A stretch of 34,395 bases of DNA from Candidatus Nomurabacteria bacterium. Lineage in GTDB: Bacteria > Patescibacteriota > Minisyncoccia > Phycocordibacterales > UBA5272. How positions within the stretch are numbered: the first letter of the stretch is position 1; each line of letters begins with the position of its first letter. A model generated the notes under the pieces. That model was not told the origin of the DNA, did not search any database, and saw only the letters and a list, made by a program, of their open reading frames with translations. Where the stretch lies: positions 1-34,395 of the forward strand of contig CALRDS010000003.1 in the NCBI GenBank assembly GCA_943354975.1. Reading direction: 5' to 3'. Both the position numbers and the translations under genes were made by a program. Below, piece by piece: positions 1 through 8,978 of this stretch.

Positions 1-4
1 CCCC

Positions 5-754
5 ATGCCTTCTCCCGAACTCTGCACACAACTCCAAGAAAAACTAGCATCTCTTCGCACCATTGAGAAAGAAATGCAAGATCTTCAGAAAAGACTCCTA
101 ACTGAAGGCTCTTCTTCGGTTGGTGAAGTAAAAAAGGCTTTTCTTGCAAAAAATACGAAAGCAAAATCCCTAAAAATAGACTTAGAAAAACTCCTTAGAG
201 AAGCGTCCCCGGATGTACGTAAAGACACACCTGAATCCATTAAGAAACTCCTAAAGGAAATTGGTACTCCTGCTACCTTGGATGAATCGTTTGAGGGAGG
301 CATAATTGCTCTTGAAATAGATAAAAAGACTCTAGAAGCATTAAAGACGTGGGATAAGGCAAAGGATGCATATAAGAAGGCAGATAATGCCTCTCCATCA
401 TGGATATGGGACGAATTAGACAATATTCCATACACTGCCCCAACCTCTTCATCATACGGTGTTCTCGTACTCAATCATGGAGAAACCACACCTGCACAAA
501 GAGATAAGCTAGTGGCAGATTTAGACAAAAAAGGATTCCGTCCACTTGAATTCTCTGAATTGGTAGCACTCGGTATCATGAAGCCTGAATATAACAAAAG
601 AAACGAAATACTAAATACATATAAGAAATACTCTCTGGGCGGTGATTCTCAGTCTCCGTGTCTCGGCTGGCCTGGCGTCGAGCGTAGCTTGGACGCGAGT
701 GTTGTGTCGATTGTCTGGGGTGGGCGTAGTCGGTTCGTGTTTGTCCGCAAGTAG
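5..754 (+). CDS. DGR target (variable) protein with N-terminal coiled-coil-like region and C-terminal variable repeat, probably C-type lectin-like fold
   Basis: 249-aa ORF whose last ~40 codons align to a nearby non-coding copy differing only at adenines; C-terminus ...W..RSRFVFVRK resembles DGR targets. The start is at the window edge, so it is uncertain. Confidence 0.88.
   Translation: MPSPELCTQLQEKLASLRTIEKEMQDLQKRLLTEGSSSVGEVKKAFLAKNTKAKSLKIDLEKLLREASPDVRKDTPESIKKLLKEIGTPATLDESFEGGIIALEIDKKTLEALKTWDKAKDAYKKADNASPSWIWDELDNIPYTAPTSSSYGVLVLNHGETTPAQRDKLVADLDKKGFRPLEFSELVALGIMKPEYNKRNEILNTYKKYSLGGDSQSPCLGWPGVERSLDASVVSIVWGGRSRFVFVRK
632..721 (+). repeat. DGR variable repeat (VR)
   Basis: Ungapped 90-nt alignment to 1077-1166; 18 mismatches, all opposite A in the other copy (12 A>G, 4 A>T, 2 A>C). 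Confidence 0.95.
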
Positions 755-875
755 AACTTAGATTTTAGACACTTTGCTTAGGCTTTAGGCCTTTTGACTT
801 TTCGAATTGAAAATAAGACTGGGAATATAAGAATAAGAAAGGGAGAGGTATACTGGGGAGCGAGAGTAGATAATG

Positions 876-1340
876 TATACAAGGGTACTCCTTTGTATCA
901 TCGAAATCAGTAGGCTGTAGGCGAGAATTTTTGCGCACATGTTGTACAAAAAGAGTGTCTACGGTGTTTCAAAAAAGAAATCTACTTGGCGCATATATAT
1001 TGGGCATTATGATGCCGACTTAAATACAATACATGGTTGTGACTATGTATGGTGGGAAGCACGTATATATGCGAAATCTCTGGACGGTAATTCTCAGTCT
1101 CCATATCTCAACTGGAATGGCGACAAGCGTAACTTGAACGCGAATGATGTGTCGAATGACTGGAATGACTCTATGAATAAAGTCCTTATTTAGCAACAAA
1201 AAGTGACATAGAGCTGTAATGTTATAGGTCTTGTTTGTGTCACTTTTGTCACTTTTTACTAGTGCTCGAGACGCGTCGTTTCAAGTTCTCTTAAATATAG
1301 TAAAATGTCCTTACAGGGGTTGACCGACTACGGTTCTAAC
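876..1340 (+). ncRNA. Putative structured DGR RNA containing the TR (boundaries approximate)
   Basis: Nested stems: 909-914/981-986, 916-923/957-964, 990-999/1064-1073, hairpins 1003-1016 and 1029-1050, and an AAAAGTGACA/TGTCACTTTT stem at ~1199-1257; G-U pairs favour the + strand. Confidence 0.55.
1077..1166 (+). repeat. DGR template repeat (TR)
   Basis: AAC/AAT-rich copy of the VR (25 adenines, 18 substituted in VR; all 65 non-A positions identical). Confidence 0.95.
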
Positions 1341-1390
1341 TCGAGACGCTCCGCCAAAATTGATAGTTTGCTATACTTAAGTAATAATAT

Positions 1391-2158
1391 ATGCCCCCAA
1401 TAGAAAAACTTGAGCCGATGAGCAAAATGGAAAAGTGGAGTATAAAGACAAAGAATTTTTTAAAGATTAAAGCTATTTCTTATGGTGTGAGTGCTGCTGT
1501 TGGTGCGGGTGTTGGATATAAAGTTCAAGAAATGGAAAGAGCTGTGACTGGATATAGTCCTGACAAACATGAAAAGGTTATAAAAGATATTGCTGCAACA
1601 AAAGAAAAAGTAGATTCTTTTGAGGAATTCAAAAAACAACAAACAGAAAAAAGAAAAAATAGCATTAAAGAAATGGCGCTTGGGTTTTTGTCTGATATAA
1701 AAGAGAAGATTAAACAAAATGGTGTAGACCCTAAAAAATATTTGGAAAACACAGAGATGTACAGAAATTTGCTTTCAAAATATTATGATACTTTAAAATT
1801 TATAGATGATGTCTCATTACTTGCTCCAGCATTATTAATGTTTATTATGTTGGGTGGATTTTTGAGTAGAAAATTAACCGAAATGAAAGGAGATGCAGTT
1901 CAAAAAGAGCAGATTACTAGAATAATTGCAAAGATAAATGAGTTAGCTGATAATATTAACGCAATTTATGGACAAATTCAAAAAAATGGTCCAGAGTCTT
2001 TAACTGAAGCTGTAGCTGCAGACGTTAGACGAGTATTAATTGCTAGTAAAGAGGCATTTCCAGAAGCAGAATCTCTAATTGAAGATAAAGTTTCTCAAGA
2101 GCGAAGTAGTCTAGAAGAAAATAATAAAAAACCTCCAGAAGGTTCAGAATTATCTTAA
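1391..2158 (+). CDS. Hypothetical membrane protein (two hydrophobic segments, coiled-coil-like regions)
   Basis: 255-aa ORF; TGCTATACT extended -10 upstream; no family recognised. Confidence 0.7.
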   Translation: MPPIEKLEPMSKMEKWSIKTKNFLKIKAISYGVSAAVGAGVGYKVQEMERAVTGYSPDKHEKVIKDIAATKEKVDSFEEFKKQQTEKRKNSIKEMALGFLSDIKEKIKQNGVDPKKYLENTEMYRNLLSKYYDTLKFIDDVSLLAPALLMFIMLGGFLSRKLTEMKGDAVQKEQITRIIAKINELADNINAIYGQIQKNGPESLTEAVAADVRRVLIASKEAFPEAESLIEDKVSQERSSLEENNKKPPEGSELS

Positions 2159-2206
2159 TTTGTTATCAACTAGTTTCTATTCGTTAGTGAAGATATACTT
2201 AACGAT

Positions 2207-3262
2207 ATGGATAAGAAACTTCGTGTAGCGATAAATGGTTTTGGGCGTATTGGACGTGCATTTTTTAAAGTTGCATATGATAACCCTGAAATTGAAATAG
2301 TCGCGGTGAATGATTTAGGAAATGTGCACAATCTAGCTTATCTTCTTCAATACGATACAGTCTACAGAGTCTCACCTTTTGATGTACATGCAGAAATACA
2401 TGAGGATTCTAATGAACAATATTTAGTAATAGAAGGGGAGAACGATGTACGAGTAAAAGTCGTTCAAGAAAAAGATCCATTAGCTCTTCCATGGAAGGAT
2501 ATGGATATAGATGTGGTAGTGGAATCAACTGGACTTTTTACATCTTATGACAAGGCACAGGCTCATATAACGGCAGGCGCAAAGCATGTGGTTATTTCTG
2601 CTCCGGCAAAAGATGGAGCAGATGGAACAATATCTGGAGAAACTATTTTGCTTGGTATAAATGAAGAGAAGTTTGGAACAACAGAGATTACATCTAACGC
2701 ATCTTGTACTACCAACTCCGCATCTCCACTTATCGCAATATTAGACGAAGCTCTCGGTATTGAAAAAGCATTACTCAATACTGTACATGCCTACACTGCC
2801 TCTCAAGCGATTGTGGATGGTCCTAGTAAAAAAGATTTTCGTGAAGGACGTGCTGCCGCTCAGAACATAGTACCGTCTTCAACTGGTGCTGCGATTGCTG
2901 TTACAAAAGCTTTTCCAAAGTTAACAGGATTATTTGATGGAATATCTATGCGTGTGCCAGTTCCTGCGGGTTCTATCGTAGATGTTACATTTATTGCTGG
3001 CCGTGATACTACCGCGGAGGAAGTAAATAAAATATTAACTGATGCATCACGCGAAGAAAGATGGAAAGATATATTTACAGTCACAGAAGAAGAATTAGTT
3101 TCCAGTGATATTTTGGGACTACCTTATGCATCAATTGCCGATCTTAAAATGACACGGGTGGTGGGTAATCTCGTAAAAGTTTTAGCTTGGTATGACAATG
3201 AAATGGGGTATACACATACACTAGTCTCTCACGTAATAAAAGCTGGTAAGTCAATAAAATAG
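2207..3262 (+). CDS. gap: Glyceraldehyde-3-phosphate dehydrogenase, type I
   Basis: INGFGRIGR, SNASCTTN and WYDNE motifs. Confidence 0.98.
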   Translation: MDKKLRVAINGFGRIGRAFFKVAYDNPEIEIVAVNDLGNVHNLAYLLQYDTVYRVSPFDVHAEIHEDSNEQYLVIEGENDVRVKVVQEKDPLALPWKDMDIDVVVESTGLFTSYDKAQAHITAGAKHVVISAPAKDGADGTISGETILLGINEEKFGTTEITSNASCTTNSASPLIAILDEALGIEKALLNTVHAYTASQAIVDGPSKKDFREGRAAAQNIVPSSTGAAIAVTKAFPKLTGLFDGISMRVPVPAGSIVDVTFIAGRDTTAEEVNKILTDASREERWKDIFTVTEEELVSSDILGLPYASIADLKMTRVVGNLVKVLAWYDNEMGYTHTLVSHVIKAGKSIK

Positions 3263-3370
3263 ACCATCTTCTTCGTTACGGAGCCTCTTTCGCTCGTCAA
3301 CGTACTATTTAATACGTCTCCTCGCTCATTTCTCCGTGCCTTGAATATGGAACTATTTTATTTACTTATA
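3246..3370 (+). repeat. Palindromic dispersed element, family A, copy 1
   Basis: CATCTTCTTCGTTACGGAG...CTCCGTGCCTTGAATAT with nested stems; homologous to 23355-23481. Confidence 0.8.
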
Positions 3371-3407
3371 ATATATCTAGTTTTTCATCAAATGATATAC
3401 TTTAAAT

Positions 3408-3866
3408 ATGAAGATTTATACAGCCACAGATCATGCGGGATTTGAACTAAAAGAAAAAATAAAAGAATACCTTGAAGAAAAAGGTCATGAAGTTTATGAT
3501 TGTGGGGCTCTTACTTTTGAATCAGGGGATGACTATCCAGAATATATGGCTCGTGCAGCGGAGGATGTGCAAAAAGATTCTATGCATGCACCATCTGTCG
3601 CAATTTTGTTCGGTGGGTCTGGAGTTGGGGAAGCAATAGTAGCAAATAGATTCGCCCATGTGCGTGCAGTAGTGTACTCAGGTGGACCGCTTGATGTTAT
3701 AAAAATCTCTCGTGAACATAACGATACAAATGTTTTATCAATAGGGGCGAGATTCGTTACAGAAAATGAGGCGATACAGGCCGTGGACTTATTTTTGGAA
3801 ACAGAGTTTTCCCATGCAGAGAGACATGCGGAACGCATTATACAAATAGAAGAACTTACTAAATAA
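3408..3866 (+). CDS. rpiB: Ribose-5-phosphate isomerase B
   Basis: TDHAG, DDYP, GSGVG, SREHNDTNVL and RHAERI motifs. Confidence 0.95.
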   Translation: MKIYTATDHAGFELKEKIKEYLEEKGHEVYDCGALTFESGDDYPEYMARAAEDVQKDSMHAPSVAILFGGSGVGEAIVANRFAHVRAVVYSGGPLDVIKISREHNDTNVLSIGARFVTENEAIQAVDLFLETEFSHAERHAERIIQIEELTK

Positions 3867-3871
3867 TTTTT

Positions 3872-4525
3872 ATGAACATAAAACCAGCGATTTTGCCACA
3901 TAGTTTCGAGGAAATACAAGAAAAACTTTCTCGTCTTGATGGAGTGTCGGCACGTATACAGATAGATTTGTGTGATGGAGTGGTTGGTCGTGAGAAAACA
4001 TGGATGCCAGATGGAACTGAATCTATGCCAGCAGGATTCTCGTATGAATTCGATTTGATGTTAAACGATTGGGGCGTGGCGACCATGAATTGTGTAAAGC
4101 TTGGTGCTAAATCAATTGTGGTGCACATGGATTCTTTCACAGATGAAGACATAAAGACACTAGTTGGATTCGTAGGACCGCATGGTGTGGCAATAGGCGT
4201 CGCAGTTTTAAATGATAAGTCTGTGGACTTTCATGCAGACATGATAAGAAAAACTCAGGCACTTTATCAAAATATTTTTATTCAAGTTGTTGGAATAAAA
4301 ACTATAGGTGAACAGGGGCTTCCATTTGATGAAGAAACAACTGAACGTGTGAAATTACTGAAGCAACAGTTTGAAGGAATTGAATTACAAGTAGATGGCA
4401 GTATGAAGCCAGAAACAGGTAAGCTTGTAAAATCTGCTGGCGCTGCCACCTTGGTAGTAGGCACGTACATATTTGGTTCTGGTGATGCTATGCACGCTTA
4501 TCAGGAAATGTCTGATATTGAATAA
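3872..4525 (+). CDS. rpe: Ribulose-phosphate 3-epimerase (divergent)
   Basis: QIDLCDG, QVDG and LVVGTYIF motifs; lies between rpiB and tkt. Confidence 0.88.
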   Translation: MNIKPAILPHSFEEIQEKLSRLDGVSARIQIDLCDGVVGREKTWMPDGTESMPAGFSYEFDLMLNDWGVATMNCVKLGAKSIVVHMDSFTDEDIKTLVGFVGPHGVAIGVAVLNDKSVDFHADMIRKTQALYQNIFIQVVGIKTIGEQGLPFDEETTERVKLLKQQFEGIELQVDGSMKPETGKLVKSAGAATLVVGTYIFGSGDAMHAYQEMSDIE

Positions 4526-4586
4526 AAGTATTTTTTCTGTGCATTAAAAGCTATCAGCTATCGACTATTAGCTATATACTGGGTGC

Positions 4587-5453
4587 ATGCATTCTCTTAC
4601 CGATGTAGAAGTACAGGCGCTCACTTTACGTGCTGAGGATATCCGAGAAAGTATTATAAAAATGCTGGTAGAAGCAGGTAGTGGTCATACTGCAGGGCCC
4701 CTTGGTATGGCGGACGTTTTTACTGCTTTATACTTTAGAATTTTAAATCATAATCCCCGCCACCCGACTTGGGCTCAGCGAGATAGACTTATTCTTTCAA
4801 ATGGACACATTGCTCCGGTTCTTTATGCGACGATGGCCCACGCTGGATATTTTTCTGTTTCAGAATTAAAGACTTTAAGAAAGTTTGGTTCAAGGTTACA
4901 GGGTCATCCACACAGAGAATCTTTACCAGGACTAGAAACTTCATCTGGTCCTCTTGGGTGTGGATTATCTCAAGCAATTGGTATGGCCCTTATGGATAAG
5001 CTAGAGAATCATAAACCGGATAGATATTTCTATTGTTGTATGGGAGACGGGGAATTAGATGAGGGGCAAAATTGGGAATCATTTTTACTTTTGAATAAAT
5101 ATAATTTAACTAAAGTAATTCCGATAATAGATCGCAACACTATTCAAATAGATGGTTATACAGAAGAGATTCTTCCGCTTGAATCATTAAAAGATAAATT
5201 TGAAAGTTTTAATTTTCATGTGATAGAAATAGATGGACATAATTTTCGCGATATAGTTCGTGCAACTGGTGCAGCAAAGAGTAGTATGGATAAACCCACA
5301 GTAATAATAGCCCACACTATTCCAGGTAAAGGAGTGACTTCATTTGAGGGTGATTATAGATGGCATGGAAAAGTTCCGAGTACAGAAGAGGGGAGAAAGG
5401 CGCTTAAGCAATTACGTAGTATGAATGGAAAAATAAATCTAGGCGAACTGTAA
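4587..5453 (+). CDS. tktA: Transketolase, N-terminal (TPP-binding) subunit
   Basis: GSGH, RDRLILSNGH, LQGHP, GDGELDEG and TIPGKG motifs. Confidence 0.95.
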   Translation: MHSLTDVEVQALTLRAEDIRESIIKMLVEAGSGHTAGPLGMADVFTALYFRILNHNPRHPTWAQRDRLILSNGHIAPVLYATMAHAGYFSVSELKTLRKFGSRLQGHPHRESLPGLETSSGPLGCGLSQAIGMALMDKLENHKPDRYFYCCMGDGELDEGQNWESFLLLNKYNLTKVIPIIDRNTIQIDGYTEEILPLESLKDKFESFNFHVIEIDGHNFRDIVRATGAAKSSMDKPTVIIAHTIPGKGVTSFEGDYRWHGKVPSTEEGRKALKQLRSMNGKINLGEL

Positions 5454-5457
5454 ATCT

Positions 5458-6444
5458 ATGCTAAGAACAACTTTATTTACACCTAAAGAAGAAGAAAAAA
5501 CTACTCGTGAAGGATTCGGCGAGGGTCTTGTAAATGCGGGGCTTAATGATTCACGTGTTGTAGCGCTGTGTGCTGATTTAACTGAGAGTGTGAAGATGGA
5601 TGGTTTTCGTAGAGAATTTCCACTTAGATTTTTTGAAGTAGGTGTTACAGAACAAGCGATGTCAGGGCTCGCTTCAGGAATGGCAGCTATGGGGTACATT
5701 CCATTTATGGCGAGCTACGCTATGTTTTCACCGGGGAGAAATTGGGAACAGATTCGTACGACTATTGTTTATAATAATCAACCAGTAAAAATAGTTGGAG
5801 CTCATTCAGGTGTTTCTGTTGGACCAGATGGCGCGACTCATCAAGCACTTGAAGATATGGCTTTGATGCGTTTGATTCCAAATATGCATGTGTTTGTACC
5901 TTGTGATGCGGTAGAGGCTCGTGTTATCACAGAACATATCGCAACTACAAAACACCCATCTTATTTAAGACTAACTCGTGAAAAAACTCCGATTATGTTG
6001 TCGGATGATTATGCATGGGGAAATGGTAAAGCTTATGTGATGCATATAGCTCAACATAAGCATGGAGGAAACTACGCACACAATGTCGGGATAATCGCAT
6101 GCGGTCCGATTATTTATGAAGCATTAAAGGCAGCAAGAGAACTTGAGAAAGAGGGAATCGGTGCGACAGTTATAAATATGCCACAAGTAAAACCACTCGA
6201 CACTGCATTTTTACTTCGCTTTGTAAAAGATATGAAAGCTATAGTTACAGTAGAGGAACATCAAGTATCTGGCGGACTTGGAAGTGCTATTGCAGAATTT
6301 TTAAGCGAACATCACCCTATACGTATAGCTCGTGTCGGTGTCGAAGACAGATTCGGTCAAAGTGGAAAAATGCAAGAATTGTATGAAGAGTATAAGTTAT
6401 CCGCAAAACATATTGCAGATAAAGTTAGAAGTGTGACGAGATAG
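5458..6444 (+). CDS. tktB: Transketolase, C-terminal subunit
   Basis: GVTEQ, GPDGATHQ and VTVEEH..GGLG motifs. Confidence 0.95.
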   Translation: MLRTTLFTPKEEEKTTREGFGEGLVNAGLNDSRVVALCADLTESVKMDGFRREFPLRFFEVGVTEQAMSGLASGMAAMGYIPFMASYAMFSPGRNWEQIRTTIVYNNQPVKIVGAHSGVSVGPDGATHQALEDMALMRLIPNMHVFVPCDAVEARVITEHIATTKHPSYLRLTREKTPIMLSDDYAWGNGKAYVMHIAQHKHGGNYAHNVGIIACGPIIYEALKAARELEKEGIGATVINMPQVKPLDTAFLLRFVKDMKAIVTVEEHQVSGGLGSAIAEFLSEHHPIRIARVGVEDRFGQSGKMQELYEEYKLSAKHIADKVRSVTR

Positions 6445-7437
6445 TTATTTCAAAATTGCGAGTTTAAAATTCGCGGGAGCTTTTTTCAGCAGTTCTTCGA
6501 TTTTTTCTTGAGTTAGTAGTCCTTCTTGTGCACCAATATGTTGTTCTACATTCATACTGTTTATTGGGGCACGTAGTATCGCTTCTTCTGGAGTTTTACT
6601 AAGAGCTAAATATGACACGAAAGTACTACAGAATGCGTCACCGGAACCAGTGCGCTCAAGTGGGGGGACAGTATCAGGATAAATCGGCTCATAGTATTCT
6701 TCTGTAGTCTTCATATACGCACCATGTGGCCCATCTGTTACCAAAACTATTTTTGGACCAAGTCCTGCAATTCCACCTAATAAGACTTTGAAATCATCCG
6801 TAGTAATTCCTAATATTTCTTCCGCCTCTTCTTTATTTACACAAAAGACTTCAGTGCGAGCATATATTCTTTTTAGTTTTTCTTTTCCAATTTTTATTTG
6901 ATAGCTACCAGGCTGGAATGCTAATTTTACTTCAGGATTAGCATCTAAATAATTTGCCAAGTCTTCATGTATAGTAAGTGAATTTTCTCCAAGAGATGAT
7001 AAGTAAATCCATTTCGGTTTTCCAATATCTGGAAATGCGCACATAAAATCAGTGTGTTTTATTAAAATAGTTCTGTCGCTTCCATACCAAAGGACATAAT
7101 GATAGTTCGTTTTCTTTCCCGCTTCAGTTCTGATAAATTTCGTTGAAACTTTCTCTTCTTCTAATCTTTTTATACATTCTTTTCCGTTTTCATCATCACC
7201 CACACAACTAACTAGAGCAGTTTTCAGTCCAAGACGTGAAGCTGACACCATAGCATTAGCACTGTTTCCTACAGCAGGAACTACGGTAACTGAGTCAAAA
7301 GGTATTTTCGCCCCATATGGAATACAGAGTTCTGCTCCTACGGCGGATTCTTGCACATGGCCAACAGAGAGCTTTATAAAAGCATCTATTACAGTGTCGC
7401 CAATACCAACAATATCAAAGGATTCCTCGGGATTCAT
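6445..7437 (-). CDS. PfkB-family carbohydrate kinase
   Basis: VGNSANA..ASRLG, VGDDENG and RTGSGDAF signatures. Confidence 0.92.
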   Translation of the reverse strand: MNPEESFDIVGIGDTVIDAFIKLSVGHVQESAVGAELCIPYGAKIPFDSVTVVPAVGNSANAMVSASRLGLKTALVSCVGDDENGKECIKRLEEEKVSTKFIRTEAGKKTNYHYVLWYGSDRTILIKHTDFMCAFPDIGKPKWIYLSSLGENSLTIHEDLANYLDANPEVKLAFQPGSYQIKIGKEKLKRIYARTEVFCVNKEEAEEILGITTDDFKVLLGGIAGLGPKIVLVTDGPHGAYMKTTEEYYEPIYPDTVPPLERTGSGDAFCSTFVSYLALSKTPEEAILRAPINSMNVEQHIGAQEGLLTQEKIEELLKKAPANFKLAILK

Positions 7438-7479
7438 ACATTTTATTGTATCACCGGTAGGATGTTATACTCTGTTGAT

Positions 7480-8370
7480 ATGAAGTCTCTTATTCCTCAG
7501 TCCGAACAATATTTAGAAACCATTAATTCATATAAACAGCAGGGAAAAGCGATAGCACATTTTAATATTTCTAATTTGGATCAAGCACGCGCCATATGTG
7601 ATGTGGCGGGAGAACTTAATCAACCAGTCATCATCGGAGTTAGTGAAGGGGAGAGAGGCTATATCGGAGTTGAGATGACGAGAAAAGTGGTGGATGAATT
7701 GAACCAAGAATATGATATAGCAATTTTTTTAAATGCGGATCATACATATTCATTTGAAAAAGTACAAGAAGCGGTAGAGGCTGGTTATGACAGTGTGATA
7801 ATCGATGGAGCGAAACTTCCTTATGAAGAAAATGTAGAACTTGTAAAAAAATGTGTAGATTATGTAAAGGGTTATGAGAGAAGGACTGGTAAGCGTGTTT
7901 TGGTAGAAGCAGAGCTTGGATATATCGGTCAGTCGTCATCACTTAATGCAACCTTGCCTGAAGGTGTAACAGAGTCTAACTTAACGACCAAAGAACAAGC
8001 AAAGGATTTCGTCATCAGAACTGGTATAGATATGTTCGCACCGGCGATTGGAAATGTGCATGGCATGTTGGTGAACGCTCCAGAGCCTCGTCTTCATATT
8101 GATAGACTAAAAGAAATAGTTAGTATGGTAGACGTTCCACTAGTGCTTCACGGGGCGAGTGGAAATACAGATGAGGATTTAAAAAATTCTATTGATGCTG
8201 GTATTGCAATAGTTCATATAAATACAGAAATACGTAAAGCGTTCCGCGACGGTGAGATGGAATATTTAAAAGAGAATCCAAATGAAATAGCAGGCTATAA
8301 GTTTGGCAAAGAAGGGCAGGAAGAGATGAAAAAAGTTGTTCGCGCAAAAATGCAGCTATACGTAAAATAA
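7480..8370 (+). CDS. fba: Class II fructose-bisphosphate aldolase (start moved to ATG 7480)
   Basis: FLNADH, VEAELG, GNVHG and LVLHGASG motifs; the longer ORF overlaps pfkB, and TGTTATACT precedes 7480. Confidence 0.95.
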   Translation: MKSLIPQSEQYLETINSYKQQGKAIAHFNISNLDQARAICDVAGELNQPVIIGVSEGERGYIGVEMTRKVVDELNQEYDIAIFLNADHTYSFEKVQEAVEAGYDSVIIDGAKLPYEENVELVKKCVDYVKGYERRTGKRVLVEAELGYIGQSSSLNATLPEGVTESNLTTKEQAKDFVIRTGIDMFAPAIGNVHGMLVNAPEPRLHIDRLKEIVSMVDVPLVLHGASGNTDEDLKNSIDAGIAIVHINTEIRKAFRDGEMEYLKENPNEIAGYKFGKEGQEEMKKVVRAKMQLYVK

Positions 8371-8407
8371 AATGTATAGTTAGGGTTATCGATAATGGAA
8401 ACTTTGA

Positions 8408-8920
8408 TTATTGTATGATGCTCGCAATATATTCTCCGATATAGAATGCGATAAACGCAGAAATAGAACATATTATTATGGATTGTATTACTGTGCGGTA
8501 GATATTTCTTTTCAAGATTTTGCCACGTAGATATCCTATATAAGTGAATCCAATAAGTGTCAGAATTGTAGAGAGTATGAACATGGATAATGGTAACGTG
8601 GCATTCGCTGGTAGCGTATAGTATGCATACAGCGATGGTGCAAGTGGAAAGCATCCTATGAGTACAAAGGAGATAAATGTAACAAGGGCGCTCATTTCTT
8701 CTTCTTTAGGTGTAACATTTATACGTGAATCTTCTGACAGATAGTCAGCGGTTGCCATAGAAAATCCATCTGCTACTACGTTGGATACGCCAATGGCTAT
8801 AAGCATGTTTATAGGAAGTCCTGCACCGTAGGCTCCGGCCATGAGGGTGAAATAAGACACTGCTCCATCTGACCCTCCGTACACAAGACTCGGTAGATAT
8901 TTCTTGAGAATGTTCTTCAT
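8408..8920 (-). CDS. VIT1/CCC1-family Fe/Mn transporter (start probably ATG 8920)
   Basis: VYGGSDG and ADGFSMA..DYLS motifs; hydrophobic helices. Confidence 0.88.
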   Translation of the reverse strand: MKNILKKYLPSLVYGGSDGAVSYFTLMAGAYGAGLPINMLIAIGVSNVVADGFSMATADYLSEDSRINVTPKEEEMSALVTFISFVLIGCFPLAPSLYAYYTLPANATLPLSMFILSTILTLIGFTYIGYLRGKILKRNIYRTVIQSIIICSISAFIAFYIGEYIASIIQ

Positions 8921-8978
8921 ATAACTATAGTATATATGACAGTTCAGCAATAAGTATATTTTGTGATAGAGTAGGGAC

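Noticed and set aside
939-1193. 84-aa ORF resembling the DGR target C-terminus, or a possible avd
   Set aside because: It is the TR read in frame (Asn-rich) plus structured upstream sequence; no Avd-like features.
1265-1349. 10-bp direct repeat CTCGAGACGC as a deletion or insertion scar where an RT was lost
   Set aside because: Too short to distinguish from chance without a comparative genome.
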